Below are positions 45,761 to 56,967 of a DNA stretch of 64,000 bases, piece after piece (the first letter of the stretch is position 1; each line of letters begins with the position of its first letter). The notes beneath the pieces were generated by a model. That model worked only from the letters and a program-made list of their open reading frames with translations, searched no databases and had not been told where the DNA came from. Source of the DNA: Babesia bigemina (taxonomy: Eukaryota); contig NC_027216.1 of assembly GCF_000981445.1 (NCBI RefSeq), forward strand, positions 1,860,001 to 1,924,000, read 5' to 3'. The translations under genes and the position numbers were made by a program.

Positions 45761-47049
45761 ATGCCTGTGTGTTGCGGCGTTCGTCGAATCCGCCTTGCGT
45801 TGGCGTGTCTGGCGCTCTGCGCAGTGGCACAACTGCAGCTCCTTTGCGCAGCCAATCAAGCGCCAGACTCCACTGCCAGCCTCAAAGTGGGCAGGATACA
45901 GTTCGAACGCGGCAATTCGTATTCGCAAATCGACGAAACGGACGGCGCATTCACATTCCGGACGAACAACATCCAGCTCAAGCTGACCACCGACAAGTTC
46001 GAATGCCTGTCGAAGTTCAAGTTCGACGGCAAACTGTCAGTGAGTAAAGTGACATCCGGCGAAGTCGGTCAATGGTAAGCGGATGGTGGATTCCTGTTGA
46101 AGTGAATGTATGGATAGTAATGAACGCAATTTGCATATACGCCAACTGTTGGTAAACGGTATTGCAGTTATTAAACGGCTTCATGTTGCTGTATATGGTC
46201 GTGAGAATCACGTACACGTTGACTTTATGTGACAGTATTGCTGATGTGGCGTGCTTGAAATGCGCATAACATCTATTTTGTATAGCAGCATCCCCCAATT
46301 TTGTTTTGCATATTAAGTATTTCTCGCCTACTTACCTACCTACCTACCTACCTGACTATCAATCAATTATTGAGTGACGGTGCTATGCGTAATCGTGTGT
46401 TCCCTGAATTTCATATAATCCAGGGTGCTGTGGAATATCGACATGTTCGACCCCGGCAAGATAAGCCCGTGGATGCCGGGGAATATTTCCTCTTGCGGGC
46501 GTTCAGTCGACTTCTTCCTCGGTGGCCCGTGGTAAGTTGACGAACGCTGCCAGCGTGTTTACCGAATGCTCCAGCAAGCTCTCCAAAGGCCGCGTGAACC
46601 GCTTTTACTTCGGCATACCGCAGCACTCGGAGATCAGACTGACAGGGCGTGTCCACTTCTTTGACCAGTGGAACGGTTGGTTGCGGCCACGGACGTTCGA
46701 TATTCGCAGGTGAAACACTGAGCCTCAAGGTCGACAACAACGTTGTGTGGTCACGTAAGTGCAACTCAGCCAGCCCCGACATGGCGCCGTCAGAACCTCA
46801 CAACTGGTGCCCTACGCTGAGCAACGCCGACTGCGTCAGGTTCGGAATCGACAGCTGCGGCCAGGAGTACCCCGACCGGATATCGGTGAGCTAAGTGTAC
46901 AAAAAATTTATACTGCTGTTCAGGTGCATTACGATGTGTCGATGCGTCACTCTGGAGGAAGCATGGCCGTGGAGTTCAGCAGTTCCCTGGAGACCGACCC
47001 GTGTGAGGCATCTTGGGGCATAGACGACGTGGCCGTGTATATCCGTTAG
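45761..47049 (+). CDS. Secreted alveolate-type protein, possibly of the PH-like (CryPH/TgPH1-type) group
   Basis: Signal peptide (LALACLALCAVAQLQLLCA), RVHFFDQWNG|ETLSLKVDNNVVW and C-terminal DPCEASWGIDDVAVYIR. The family call is from memory of similar proteins and has not been searched. Confidence 0.6.
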
Positions 47050-47217
47050 ATTACAACCGCTTGCGTGCGTCCATCTAGGGTGCCACGGCGGCCGCCCCGC
47101 CGCCACAGCTGGAGGCCGGGACGTTCACCGTATGCTGCGCTTCTGCGCTATCCGATTTTCTGCGAACTGTGAAGATGCGCGGAAAAGGGCGCCGCGTCGG
47201 TCGCGGCAGATGCGATG

Positions 47218-48355
47218 CTACCAGGTCCGGTCGACATACCTGCGGTACTCAACAGCGCCGTTGCGCAACAGCACGCTAACCGCCTGCCGGTTGCCAGCCG
47301 CCGCGGCCACCAGCAGCGGCGTGTCGTAATTGTCGTCCATCGCGTCAATGTCAGCGCCGTGCTTCAGGAGGCACTGTATAACTTCGATGTGGCCCCTGCA
47401 AAAGCGTAAATCGGTGCTAATCCTCCACTGCCGCGTACGGACACCGCTGCTACACAAAACAATGCCACATCCAATATGGTGGGCAGATCGCACTTACAAA
47501 CAATGCAGTAAAAACACAAGATCAGACAGTTTTTGCAATACACGAACCAGTGGCATCGTGCGATGACGAATTGCAAACATGACCGTGCAACCTACCTGTC
47601 CGCGGCAATATGGAGCGCCGTGAGCCCCTCCGGACTGCGAATATTCACCAGATGGGGGTTAGCTGCAAGCTTTGTACGCGCGATTATGCCGCACTACCTT
47701 TCAGCAGCAGGTCCACCATGCCGACGTGGTTATCCGCCACGAGCGCGAACAGGCCCTCGCTTTCGTCCGCATCCGACGCATTGTCCGGCTGCACTTTCGG
47801 CCGGCTGACGGCGTTGGACATAGTCGGGTGCATGGAATCGGTGTTGGTCGGGTAGCCGTAGAGGTTGCGGACCAAAGCGATGTACGCCGCCATTGCGTCA
47901 GCCTTGCTCATGCCCTTGCACTTCTGCCAAGACGCCCTGAGCGGTGTGAAGACTGCAGCTAAACGAAGGCACGTGCACGTGTTTTAATACGCATAGTTCG
48001 AACTGTGTTCGGCAAACTACACCTCGCATCTCACCGGGCATCAACCACTAAAACACAGACAAGAAGCATTCTAACACACCATTTGCGCCTGTCAGCTTCA
48101 GTGCTGTCCTCCAAGTCCTTGGGATTGAAATCGCCAACTACCGTTTGTTTGAAGAAGCCTGCGAAGGTGTCGGCGCGTGTCGCGACGTCGCCTACCGTAG
48201 AGCACCCAAAAGTTATCGTCGTCGAGCTGGCCTCCCGCGCGTTTGATCGCCACCAGCTGACAGCATTCTTTGAACTCTGCGATCTGCTCGCTGCGCTTAG
48301 AACGCCACCGGAACAGGCATCCTAGAACGCGGCCTAGTGCCCTCATCAGCGCCAT
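47218..48355 (-). CDS. Acyl-CoA-binding domain plus ankyrin-repeat protein (ACBD6-like)
   Basis: ACBP motifs LYG|FFKQTVVGD..W..CKGMSKADAMAAYIALV. Ankyrin LHIAADR|GHIEVIQCLLKHGADIDAMDDNYDTPLLVAAAAG. Confidence 0.85.
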
Positions 48356-48519
48356 TACGCAAACGCGGTCTCGGACACACCCCGGAGATAGGCGTAGTCC
48401 CGGAGAAATTTTCAAGACTCTGACTGTGTTTGTATTGTAATTTAAATTGAATGCGTTGCGTATGCGTCTGCAGATTCAGGACGCGCCGTGCACACCTTCC
48501 TCCACGAACCGGCGCCAGA

Positions 48520-50600
48520 CTAGGCGGTCCCGCCTACCAAACGCGACAGAATCGTCTCCACAATGTGACGTTTACGCTGAATCACGTGACAATCGCCTGC
48601 ATTAAACCAACCAGAACGGTGTAGTAGTAGGCATGGTGTAGTCCAGACAGCACCGCCAGGAGCGCCGCAGCGCGGAAATAGCTGTCCATGATGGTCATCC
48701 TGACATGCGGATCAGTTGTAGGAGACAGAAACTCACAGCACGTCGGCGTTCACCTTGACCTCCTGGACCTGCTCGCTTTCCAGGTCCAGCCCCGCGGAAG
48801 CCACCAGCATGTCGGCATATTCCTCATGCATGAACGCTAGACAGTAGAGCGGCCGTCTCATCACCTACAATATGTTTGACAATCGCGTGTAAAAGCTGTT
48901 ACGCAAAAATATAGCGTCGCCTGGTCAAATAAGCATGTTTCACATCGCAATCCAGTGACCAGTTACATAACCGATATCGGAACCACAACAATTTTTAACA
49001 ACGTAAGAGCACTGTCGAAGGGTAGCTGTTGTGTAAAGTGCCACCAGACACGCATAACATCCCTGATGAAGGTCACCTACCGTGTCGGCGTACAGTATGC
49101 GCTGCTGGAGGTAGTGGCGCGCAATGTCGGCCTCGCCGCGCTCCTTGAAGCACTCGAACAACAGCGTCTCCAGCTTGTACAGACACCAGTGTTGCTTGAA
49201 GACGTTGCGCGCGTGGTTGTAGACCTGTTGGATGTCGCACAGGTCGTTCGGGTCGATGCTTTCGATGCGCTCCACGTACGCCCGCTCCAGCTCCAGGTAC
49301 TCCGATATGTCGGCATCGGTGTAGACGTACTCGCATAGGGTGCATGCGTTGCTCGCCATCTTGGTGCTGCCGCTGTCGTAGTAGAATCCCACGCGGCCGT
49401 AGTGGCACACCTTGCAGAGGAAGCCACGCGCAGAGTCTACGGGGATGACGCATCTCGGGCACTCGCAGTGGAAGGACCAGTTGTACAGCAGCTCGCGGCG
49501 TTCTGCAGCGCCTTTGTAACATCTTAAACTGCAGTCCGCTTACTGTGGGTTGGGCAGAGCAGGTCGGACTCGCCGAGGTACGATATCGTCAGCTCGTCGC
49601 CCGGCCGCAGGCGCCTTCGGGCACGCAGTATGAAATAGTCGTCTCCCAGGTGGTGCCAGCAGGCAGTCGCATCGCAGCTGTGTGCCAAGAAGGATATTTC
49701 TGAAAAAGTTGATTACGCGACAGCCGCGAAAACCCACTGTTGTATATCACCAGGCCGTTCGGGTCCGTGCTGTGGCCGAAGGCGTTGAGCGGCCACACCT
49801 GCAGCAGGAACTGGTACAACTTGGGGTCCACCACGACTTGGTTAGAGTAGACGAACGAGCCGTCAGCCTGAGCCACGCAGGTTGCTTCCAAAATGCGATA
49901 GACATCTTCCGACACAGGCGGGTCCGGATCTGAGCGACATTGAAAAAGCACCACCGACTCCACATCATCGAAAAAAAAGTTATCTCGCTCATAACACTAC
50001 AAATACGCATGCCATCTAATAGCCATGTCATTGGGATGTTCGTATCCGGTTCGATGCGAGCATGTCCGACATCACAAAGGTGAAGCCCAATTCTCAAAAT
50101 CACGCGGATAGCTACTTACCTAAGACCCACTTCCCTCGCATGATCTCCAATTGCTCCTTAGTGCCGGTGATGATGGTGATGAGCGCTGCATGGTGCCAGA
50201 GCGGCGACAGCTGCAGCAGCTGGCGTTCATGGAGCGAGTTGATGGTGTTCCATAACTCGATGTTGTTGTCCGGAACGATGACGAAGAGCGGCTTCTCGAC
50301 GAGAATGAGCCCTCCCGGCTCGTAGGCGTTTCGTACGTACATACACCCTGCACGAATTGTCAACGGTGCTACACACCACCTACTTCCTTTGCCGGGTGCC
50401 GGTGCGATTTCGACGAGGCTCATGATACGCTCGTCCGAGTAGGGCTCGATCTCCTCCACCATCGGGCCCGCAACCGCTTCGCCGGAGGCGTCGGCAGCCT
50501 CCTGGCCGTTCACTGCGTTATAGGTAACGTAGGCGTGCGTCGGAGACGCCACCTCCTCTGACGCTACACGCCTGACGACACTCCCTCCACCTGATACCAT
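48520..50600 (-). CDS. SMYD-like SET-domain methyltransferase, multi-exon
   Basis: GGLILVEKPL, LNAFG..GLVIY, FLAHSCDA..LRARRRLRPGDELTISY and post-SET WSFHCECPRC. Confidence 0.85.
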
Positions 50601-50911
50601 TGTGGTAGGCGGCGCTCATCCCGCGGCCCAGCAGACCGCTAGCCCTTCCGTCCTCTTCCGGCGGCTGGCACGGCAGTATCAGCTCGCAAGTAGCCCCGCA
50701 ACGACGTATCGCGACTGCTAGCCAACACAGGACGCTGGGTTTTATTGTGGCGCGTTACGCACGTTCGGTGTGTGGAGCTTGGGGTCTGCGACGAGCGTGT
50801 CTGGGCGGCTGGATAGACAGCCGGCGTCCACGGTGGTGGGTGTGCGCTAACGAGGGCCAGTTAACCCCCGAATCGCATTAATTAATCTAGATGCTGTATG
50901 TATTATAGGTT

Positions 50912-51005
50912 GCTCGGTTGGCACAGTGGAAGTGCCGCGCGAACTGCCAACGTGATTAGAGTCGCGGGATGCATCAGCGTGGTTCGAAATCCGCCGCCGA
51001 TTCCA
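50912..51005 (+). other. tRNA-like element (degenerate cloverleaf with A and B boxes)
   Basis: A box TGGCACAGTGG (50919-29), D stem GCAC/GTGC, stem CGCGA/TCGCG, B-box-like GGTTCGAAATCC (50981-92), partial acceptor stem TCGGT/GCCGA, and a CCA end. The stems are imperfect. Confidence 0.4.
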
Positions 51006-51487
51006 CTTAAAATATAACGACCGTTACATTCCCGTAATATATAGCAGTGTGCGGGTCAGTGGTCGTCACTCCAGGAGGAATCCTTCTAGATGCGCTCCCG
51101 CAGCCGTTCGACTGCTCCCCACCAGCCGGCGCGGCCATAACTCACGCAGCCACCCACCCTCCCCGGGGTACAAAAAACGCCCGTTCTTATAGCACGGAAC
51201 TATACTAAGTTCGTGGCGAACAACAGGCAAGCTCCGTCAGAGAAGCAGAACGGAGTGGTTAGGCCGCTTGTGGATGAGCGTTGCGTCCCGTGGCCTCTAG
51301 GGCTGTTCGGGTGTGCTGGGTGGTTTCCGACGGAGCGCCCCGCGAAAAGGGCGAAATAACGGCGCTGTGCCCGCCGGGTCGATTGCGGCGTTGCCGTCAC
51401 GGTCGCTTCCATTCGTGGTAGAGCCACGCCACGACTTCTCGGCGGCGGGGACTGTCGCACAAAGGCGGACCTTCCGAGCTCGGCACC

Positions 51488-53338
51488 ATGACTAAGACGT
51501 TCTTCCTTTTCGAAACCGCCGCGGGCTACGCCCTCTACCAGATCGAGCAATGGGACCAGATCGGCCATGTGGAGGCCATGGAGGAGGTGTGCTCCTCCGA
51601 GGAGCGGTTCAAGGAGACTGTGAAGTTCAAGGCGTTCCAGCCCTTCACCACGGCGTCGGACGCGCTGGAGAACATCCGCGCGGTCGTTGAAGGCGAGGTG
51701 ACGGCGATGCTGAGCTCCTTCCTCTCGCTCAACCTGCCCAAGAAGGGCACCCAGCTGGCGGTCGTCGACCCCGGGCTCGGCAAGACGCTCAGCGCCAAGG
51801 GATTCAACGTGGTGTACGACCCCAACGTGGTGGAGCTGCTGCGCGGCTGCCGGCAGCACGAGATGAAGAATATCGCCAGGCTCGCTTCGGGCGCCAGCGC
51901 CTTCGACATGGACAAGTTCCACGTCGGTCTGAGCCACAACTACAGCCGCAGCAAGCTGCAAATCGACCCCAGGCGCATGGACAAGCCGGTCATCAATTGC
52001 GTCGCCCTGCTGGATTCGCTGACGAAGAACCTCAACTCCTTCGCCATGCGCGTCAGGGAGTGGTACGGCTGGCACTTCCCCGAGCTGATCAAGATCGTCC
52101 CCGACAACAAGATATACTGCCAGGTGGTGCAGATAATCTGCAGGAAGGACAAGTTCGACTGGGAAGCCGGGGCGGCGGAACTGCTCAAGGTGCTGGGCGA
52201 CGAGGACATCGTCGCCAACGTCAAGAAGGCGGCTGGGCAGTCGATCGGCCACGAGCTTTCTGAGCCCTGCATGGAGAACATCCTGAACTTCGCCAAGCAG
52301 GTGGTCAAACTCGAGGAGATGCGCGAGCACCTCAACACTCACCTCGCCAACAAGCTCGCCGTCACAGCCCCCAACCTCAGCGAGGTGGCTGGCAACATTC
52401 TGACCGGCAGGCTCATCAGCCACGCGGGCTCCCTTGTCAACCTCGCCAAGATGTCCGCAAGCTCCATCCAGATTCTGGGTGCCGAGAAGGCGCTCTTCCG
52501 TGCGCTGAAGACGAGATCCAACACCCCCAAGTACGGCCTCATTTTCCAGGCCAACTTCATTGGTCGCGCAAGCCTCAAGCACAAGGGGCGCGCCGCCAGG
52601 TACCTCGCCAACAAATGTGCGTTGGCGGCTCGTCTCGACTGCTTCTGCGATGTCAACACCAACGTCTACGGCAAGCGCATGGTCGAGTTGCTGGGCAAGC
52701 GGATGGAGTACCTCGCGGGCGGCCCCCAGCATGAGACCAGCATCGAGGTCATGCAGGCTGCCGCCAAGGAGTACCAGGCAATTAAGGCGCAGAAGGCCTC
52801 GGAAAAGAGGACCCGGGACGCATTGGAAAATGCTCCGCAGCACGAGTCGGCGCACGACGTGTCCATGGTGTCGGGGTCGGCGGATGCGGAGCCCGCTGAC
52901 GATGCCTCATCTGGCACCGTAACCGAGAAGCCCGCAAAGAAATCCAAGAAGGCTAAGAAGGACAAGTCTAAAAAGTCCGATATCGCCGAAGAAGCAGCAA
53001 CTGAGGACACTGCTGATGTCGCCGTTGCCAGTGTGGCCCCGCAGAAGGAGCCGAAAAAGAAGTCGAAGAAATCCAAGGCTGAAGGAGGCGCTTCTGGTAA
53101 AGACTCTTCGTCATCCGCCACCGATGCATCATCAACTTCCGTGACGGCAACTACCGCAGTTGCCGCTTCCAAGGTGGAGGAGGCCAATGTCGCGGCGGCC
53201 GTAACCTCGGCTGAGGAGGGGCCGAAGAAACGCAAGAAATCCAAGCAGGATAAGTCTGCGGATGTCGCCGAGGCGGCTGAGGTCGGAAAGCCAGCCAAGA
53301 AAGCTAAGAAGAACAAGAAGAAGGCAGCATCGGAGTAG
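51488..53338 (+). CDS. NOP56: Nucleolar protein 56 (box C/D snoRNP)
   Basis: FLFETAAGYAL, MRVREWYGWHFPEL, SIQILGAEKALFRALKT, NTPKYGLIF, KGRAARYLANKC and a Lys-rich tail. Confidence 0.95.
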   Translation: MTKTFFLFETAAGYALYQIEQWDQIGHVEAMEEVCSSEERFKETVKFKAFQPFTTASDALENIRAVVEGEVTAMLSSFLSLNLPKKGTQLAVVDPGLGKTLSAKGFNVVYDPNVVELLRGCRQHEMKNIARLASGASAFDMDKFHVGLSHNYSRSKLQIDPRRMDKPVINCVALLDSLTKNLNSFAMRVREWYGWHFPELIKIVPDNKIYCQVVQIICRKDKFDWEAGAAELLKVLGDEDIVANVKKAAGQSIGHELSEPCMENILNFAKQVVKLEEMREHLNTHLANKLAVTAPNLSEVAGNILTGRLISHAGSLVNLAKMSASSIQILGAEKALFRALKTRSNTPKYGLIFQANFIGRASLKHKGRAARYLANKCALAARLDCFCDVNTNVYGKRMVELLGKRMEYLAGGPQHETSIEVMQAAAKEYQAIKAQKASEKRTRDALENAPQHESAHDVSMVSGSADAEPADDASSGTVTEKPAKKSKKAKKDKSKKSDIAEEAATEDTADVAVASVAPQKEPKKKSKKSKAEGGASGKDSSSSATDASSTSVTATTAVAASKVEEANVAAAVTSAEEGPKKRKKSKQDKSADVAEAAEVGKPAKKAKKNKKKAASE

Positions 53339-53837
53339 CCCCAATAAGGTGCCTAAGATGCCTCCAGACAGCTGAACCGCCTAGTCGCTCTGCTAGTGCA
53401 TCGTCTGCTTACAAGCAAAAAACTAGAGTTCCATAACACGACCTAAGTGTAGTTGTTATACTGACTGGGTGAAGTGCCGCTAGGAATGGCGTTGGCTGTG
53501 TTACCGGCCGTCAAGCTCTTTGACCGCATTTTAACCGTGTACATCTTCAGCTGCTGTGACTTAAGGGAGTTCGCCTGTAAATCCCGCCAACGGCTCAGCG
53601 CACATCTGAGCGCAGCACGAGCCGTTCCTGAAAAAAGCTGATGTGGGTAACCAGCCAAATCACAGAGCTACACATTAGCTACACATCTAATCGAAATGCT
53701 GAGCTAAAGCTGCCAACAGCGCATGTGTGGCACGGGAGCGCTGTTGCTGGCCATCCGCCGCCCAGGTGCCGTGGTGTGCCAGTAGCGCCTTAAACGTTTC
53801 GCTGCGCGCTCATTGCGCAACATGTAGGCAGTTAGAT

Positions 53838-54400
53838 ATGCAAGACGCCCGTGAGTTCGACGCCCTCTGCAGGGACATCTACGCCTACTACAGCAACCAG
53901 CTCGTGACGGTGCCAGGCGAACGCCTGGCCATGATGCTGCGCGCCACCGGCGAAGTTTGGACCAAGGCGGAGCTCGACCGGCACACGTCCGCGCACGGCC
54001 AATACTTCTCCTTCGACGACTTCCACAAGATCGCGAGGAGGAAGCGCGACGCCGCGTTGGCTGCCACGGGTGTCGAGGTAGGAGGAAGTGTTAACTGCCT
54101 GATGCTGCGCAGGGCGTGCCGCATGTCCTGGTCGACGACTACGGCTACGTGATCAACCTCACGGTGGCGGAATGCCAGGAGATTGTTGATGCCTTCAAGG
54201 CGCTTCTGGAGCTGCGCTGCGCAGCGGGGGACGAGCTGCGGGGCCCAGTGATCTCCATCGACTACTTCAGGCACCTGCTGACCAGCGTCGGCGATGTCAT
54301 CCCCAAGCAGCTGATGCAGCAGCTGCTGTCGGACGGGCTGGCGTTTCGAAGCGAGATGTCGCTGAGGACGCTGATCAAGCTGCTGAATCGCAAGAGGTGA
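53838..54400 (+). CDS. Calmodulin/myosin-light-chain-like degenerate EF-hand protein
   Basis: LAMMLRATG....AEL, FSFDDFHKI, EIVDAFKAL, ISIDYFRHLLTSVGD. Intron at about 54078-54112. Confidence 0.7.
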
Positions 54401-54701
54401 CCCGCCCAGTAGGCCGCCGGCGATTCACAGACTAAAACAGCATTCACCGGCGTGTCAGCCGCGTGCGAAACGCAGGCGGCGTTGTAAAGTGTCACCTTTG
54501 TACATCATTAAAATTTATATACCACTTTATGTCCTCTGAAGACACTGTTCCCCAATGTGAGTGAGGGGTTGCCAAACTTTGTGTACCGCTAACACACAAC
54601 ACGCGCCAGCGACGTGGCGTGGCGTTGTCTGCGCTTGCCCGTGGAGCGCTAGGGACTACGGCGGCCGGGCGAGACCGAAATGGGTAGGATTCTGCGATAG
54701 G

Positions 54702-56171
54702 TCACACCGGGGTAGCCTCGTTGTGCGCATCATAGGGGATCCAGTGCAGCTTCTCCATGTACAGCTTCCTGGTCTTGGTGCGCGCCTTGGACATGAGCTC
54801 GTTCTTCTTCTCCGGCAGTAGCGTGATCACGGACGTGCCGTTGGACAGCGTGTGCAGCAGCCCCAGCTCCTCGAGGCACATGATGATGTCGGCGGGCTCG
54901 AAGCACGTCATCTGCGAGAGCGTGTGAATGGACACGTTCTCGAGCTTCGGGTCGAACAAAATCTCCAGCAGCACCTCCGACCAGTACGACATGTACGACG
55001 CCCGCCCCAGGTCGGACAGCGGGCGTTCGGGGGTGCCGGTCCTACCCTCCTTCCTCGACAGCAGGTAGCTGAACGCGGTGAGGAACTTGCCGTAGCCCTT
55101 GCGCTGGTGCTGCGGCAGCGAGAGGATGCACGACACGTTGTTGGTGCTGTGCTTCTCCTTGGAGAAGTAGCCCGTGATGTGGTAGCCGTTGTCGTCGAAC
55201 TCGGTCATGACGTAGAAGATGAACAGGTTCACCGTGTGCCGCAGACTCTTGTGGTCGAGGAACAGCTTCGCCAGGTAGCACAGGTTCTCGCAGTACACGC
55301 TGCTCAGCGCGCCGTCCACCTCGAACATGGCGAGGTTCCCGTCGCGGTAGATTTCGTTGCCAGGCGGGTGCCTCAGCTCGCACCGCTTGGTGTGCCACTG
55401 CAGCTCCGACTCGTGCCTGCGCGGGGTCGACGCGCAACAACAAAAACCTACACGAAGAAGAGCAGGCAGAACTCGCATATATACAAAGTGTCCAGGTTCT
55501 GGTACGGCTTTGGGTACGGCGAAAAGTACCACGCGTCGACCAGGTAAGGCCCGAGCTTTATGCGTTGGATGGTTTTCAGCTTGGTGTTCATCTCGTGCTC
55601 ACGCAGGTACTCCTCGTCCATGCCGGCGTGGTCGTGCGCCTCCACCTCGACGTCGTGGCAGACGTCCTGGCCCGGTTCGGGGCCCTCCTCGATCGTGCGG
55701 ACGTCGGACACATCCAGCCAGCAGTCCAGACGGCGGTCGGAGCCCAGCCAGTGGATGTAGTAATCGTAGTCCTTGGGCCCGAGCTCCGCCACGTTGCGGT
55801 CGGGAAACCGCGACCTGCGAGGGTTAGCGCTTTCACGGCGGCAACTCACCGTGCATGTACTACAGTGCACCTCCGCCACTGCTCGCGCGAGCGGTCGAAG
55901 CCCCAAAGCTCGGACTCCATCGGAAAGGCGGTGGGGAACTGCAGAAAGTTGAGCTCATGGTTGAACGCCGTGCATGGGAGCCACGGAGCTGCGCGCATAC
56001 CTGCGACGTGTAGTGTTCCCGGGCCTTCGCGATCACCGTGCTCTTCTCGCGGGACTTCTGGTGCGACTTCGCCTGAGGGCCCGCTCCGGGCGAGCCCATC
56101 GCCTTCTGCGGAGCCTGGCCGACGGCGGCATCCACGCTGCCTCCGCGCGTAATGGGACCGGCCGTTTTCAT
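54702..56171 (-). CDS. MYST-family histone acetyltransferase with chromo-barrel (Esa1/MOF type)
   Basis: YYIHWLGSDRRLDCW, WYFSPYP, YICEFCL, HPPGNEIYR, QHQRKGYGKFL and GTPERPLSDLG. Two introns. Confidence 0.95.
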
Positions 56172-56967
56172 GGTCGCGCAGCCTCGGTATTCACGCCGGA
56201 ACCGGCGGCAAAACGCCCTGATGCTCTAGCCGCGAAAGCTCGAGGTGGCCTGACTCCACACCAAACTGCAACCGCGCCGGGGGACAGCAGGCTGTACAGG
56301 CCGTGTATTCGTGAGGGTTCAAATTTGGTCAGCTGCGCGCTGCAGCTCCGGTTAACGGGGCCCGCGTGTCTTCACGACGCCCTCGTGTGTGTTAGCAGCT
56401 CTGGGGCATTTCACAGCCTCGCTGAGCCCTTTTGAGCGGCCGTAGTTCGAGATTATCGCTCATACGGTCGTGCAACGCGCTGTCTGTGGCCGGCGTGGCG
56501 CATTGGCGGCCGTTGTGCCGGCATGTGTGCTATGCGGCCCCTGGCCGGTGCCACTTGCCCATGGACGTTGGCGTGCTCGCGCGGACTCTTGCGTGGCCTG
56601 CATTAACGGATGCAGCACGCCACGGAGGTCATTGGAGTCTCGTCTCGCCGCACTTTCGCGCTGGCAAATCCACGTTCCCGCGCTAATGCGCAAACACGGG
56701 CCTCACATGTACATGGAAACCAGACATGGTAAAAATTCACTGACAGTTGTTCACGTGCGGTGAGCAATGGTGGCGGAACAGGTAGCGTGGGGAGATGAGT
56801 TGCACCTGCTGGTTGTGACACGTGTCATGTCGGAATAGCGGTGGCACAACCATCCACAGCATTCCTTTGCCGGCAGCCTGCCGAGCCTTCGGCGGTCACG
56901 GCATAGTGCCTGCTGAACTCGGCCATAGTCGCTGAGAGAAAAGCTTGAACCTACAATCTCCGGCGAG

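Noticed and set aside
51178..51480. SRP, U3 or RNase P/MRP RNA upstream of NOP56
   Set aside because: There are some hairpins and a minus-strand T6 run, but I could not match the diagnostic conserved boxes.
51200..52855. 551-aa antisense ORF over NOP56 (likewise 57712-59277, 41267-42409, 42470-43495, 22151-23017)
   Set aside because: These are shadow ORFs produced by high GC3 or low-complexity coding on the opposite strand.
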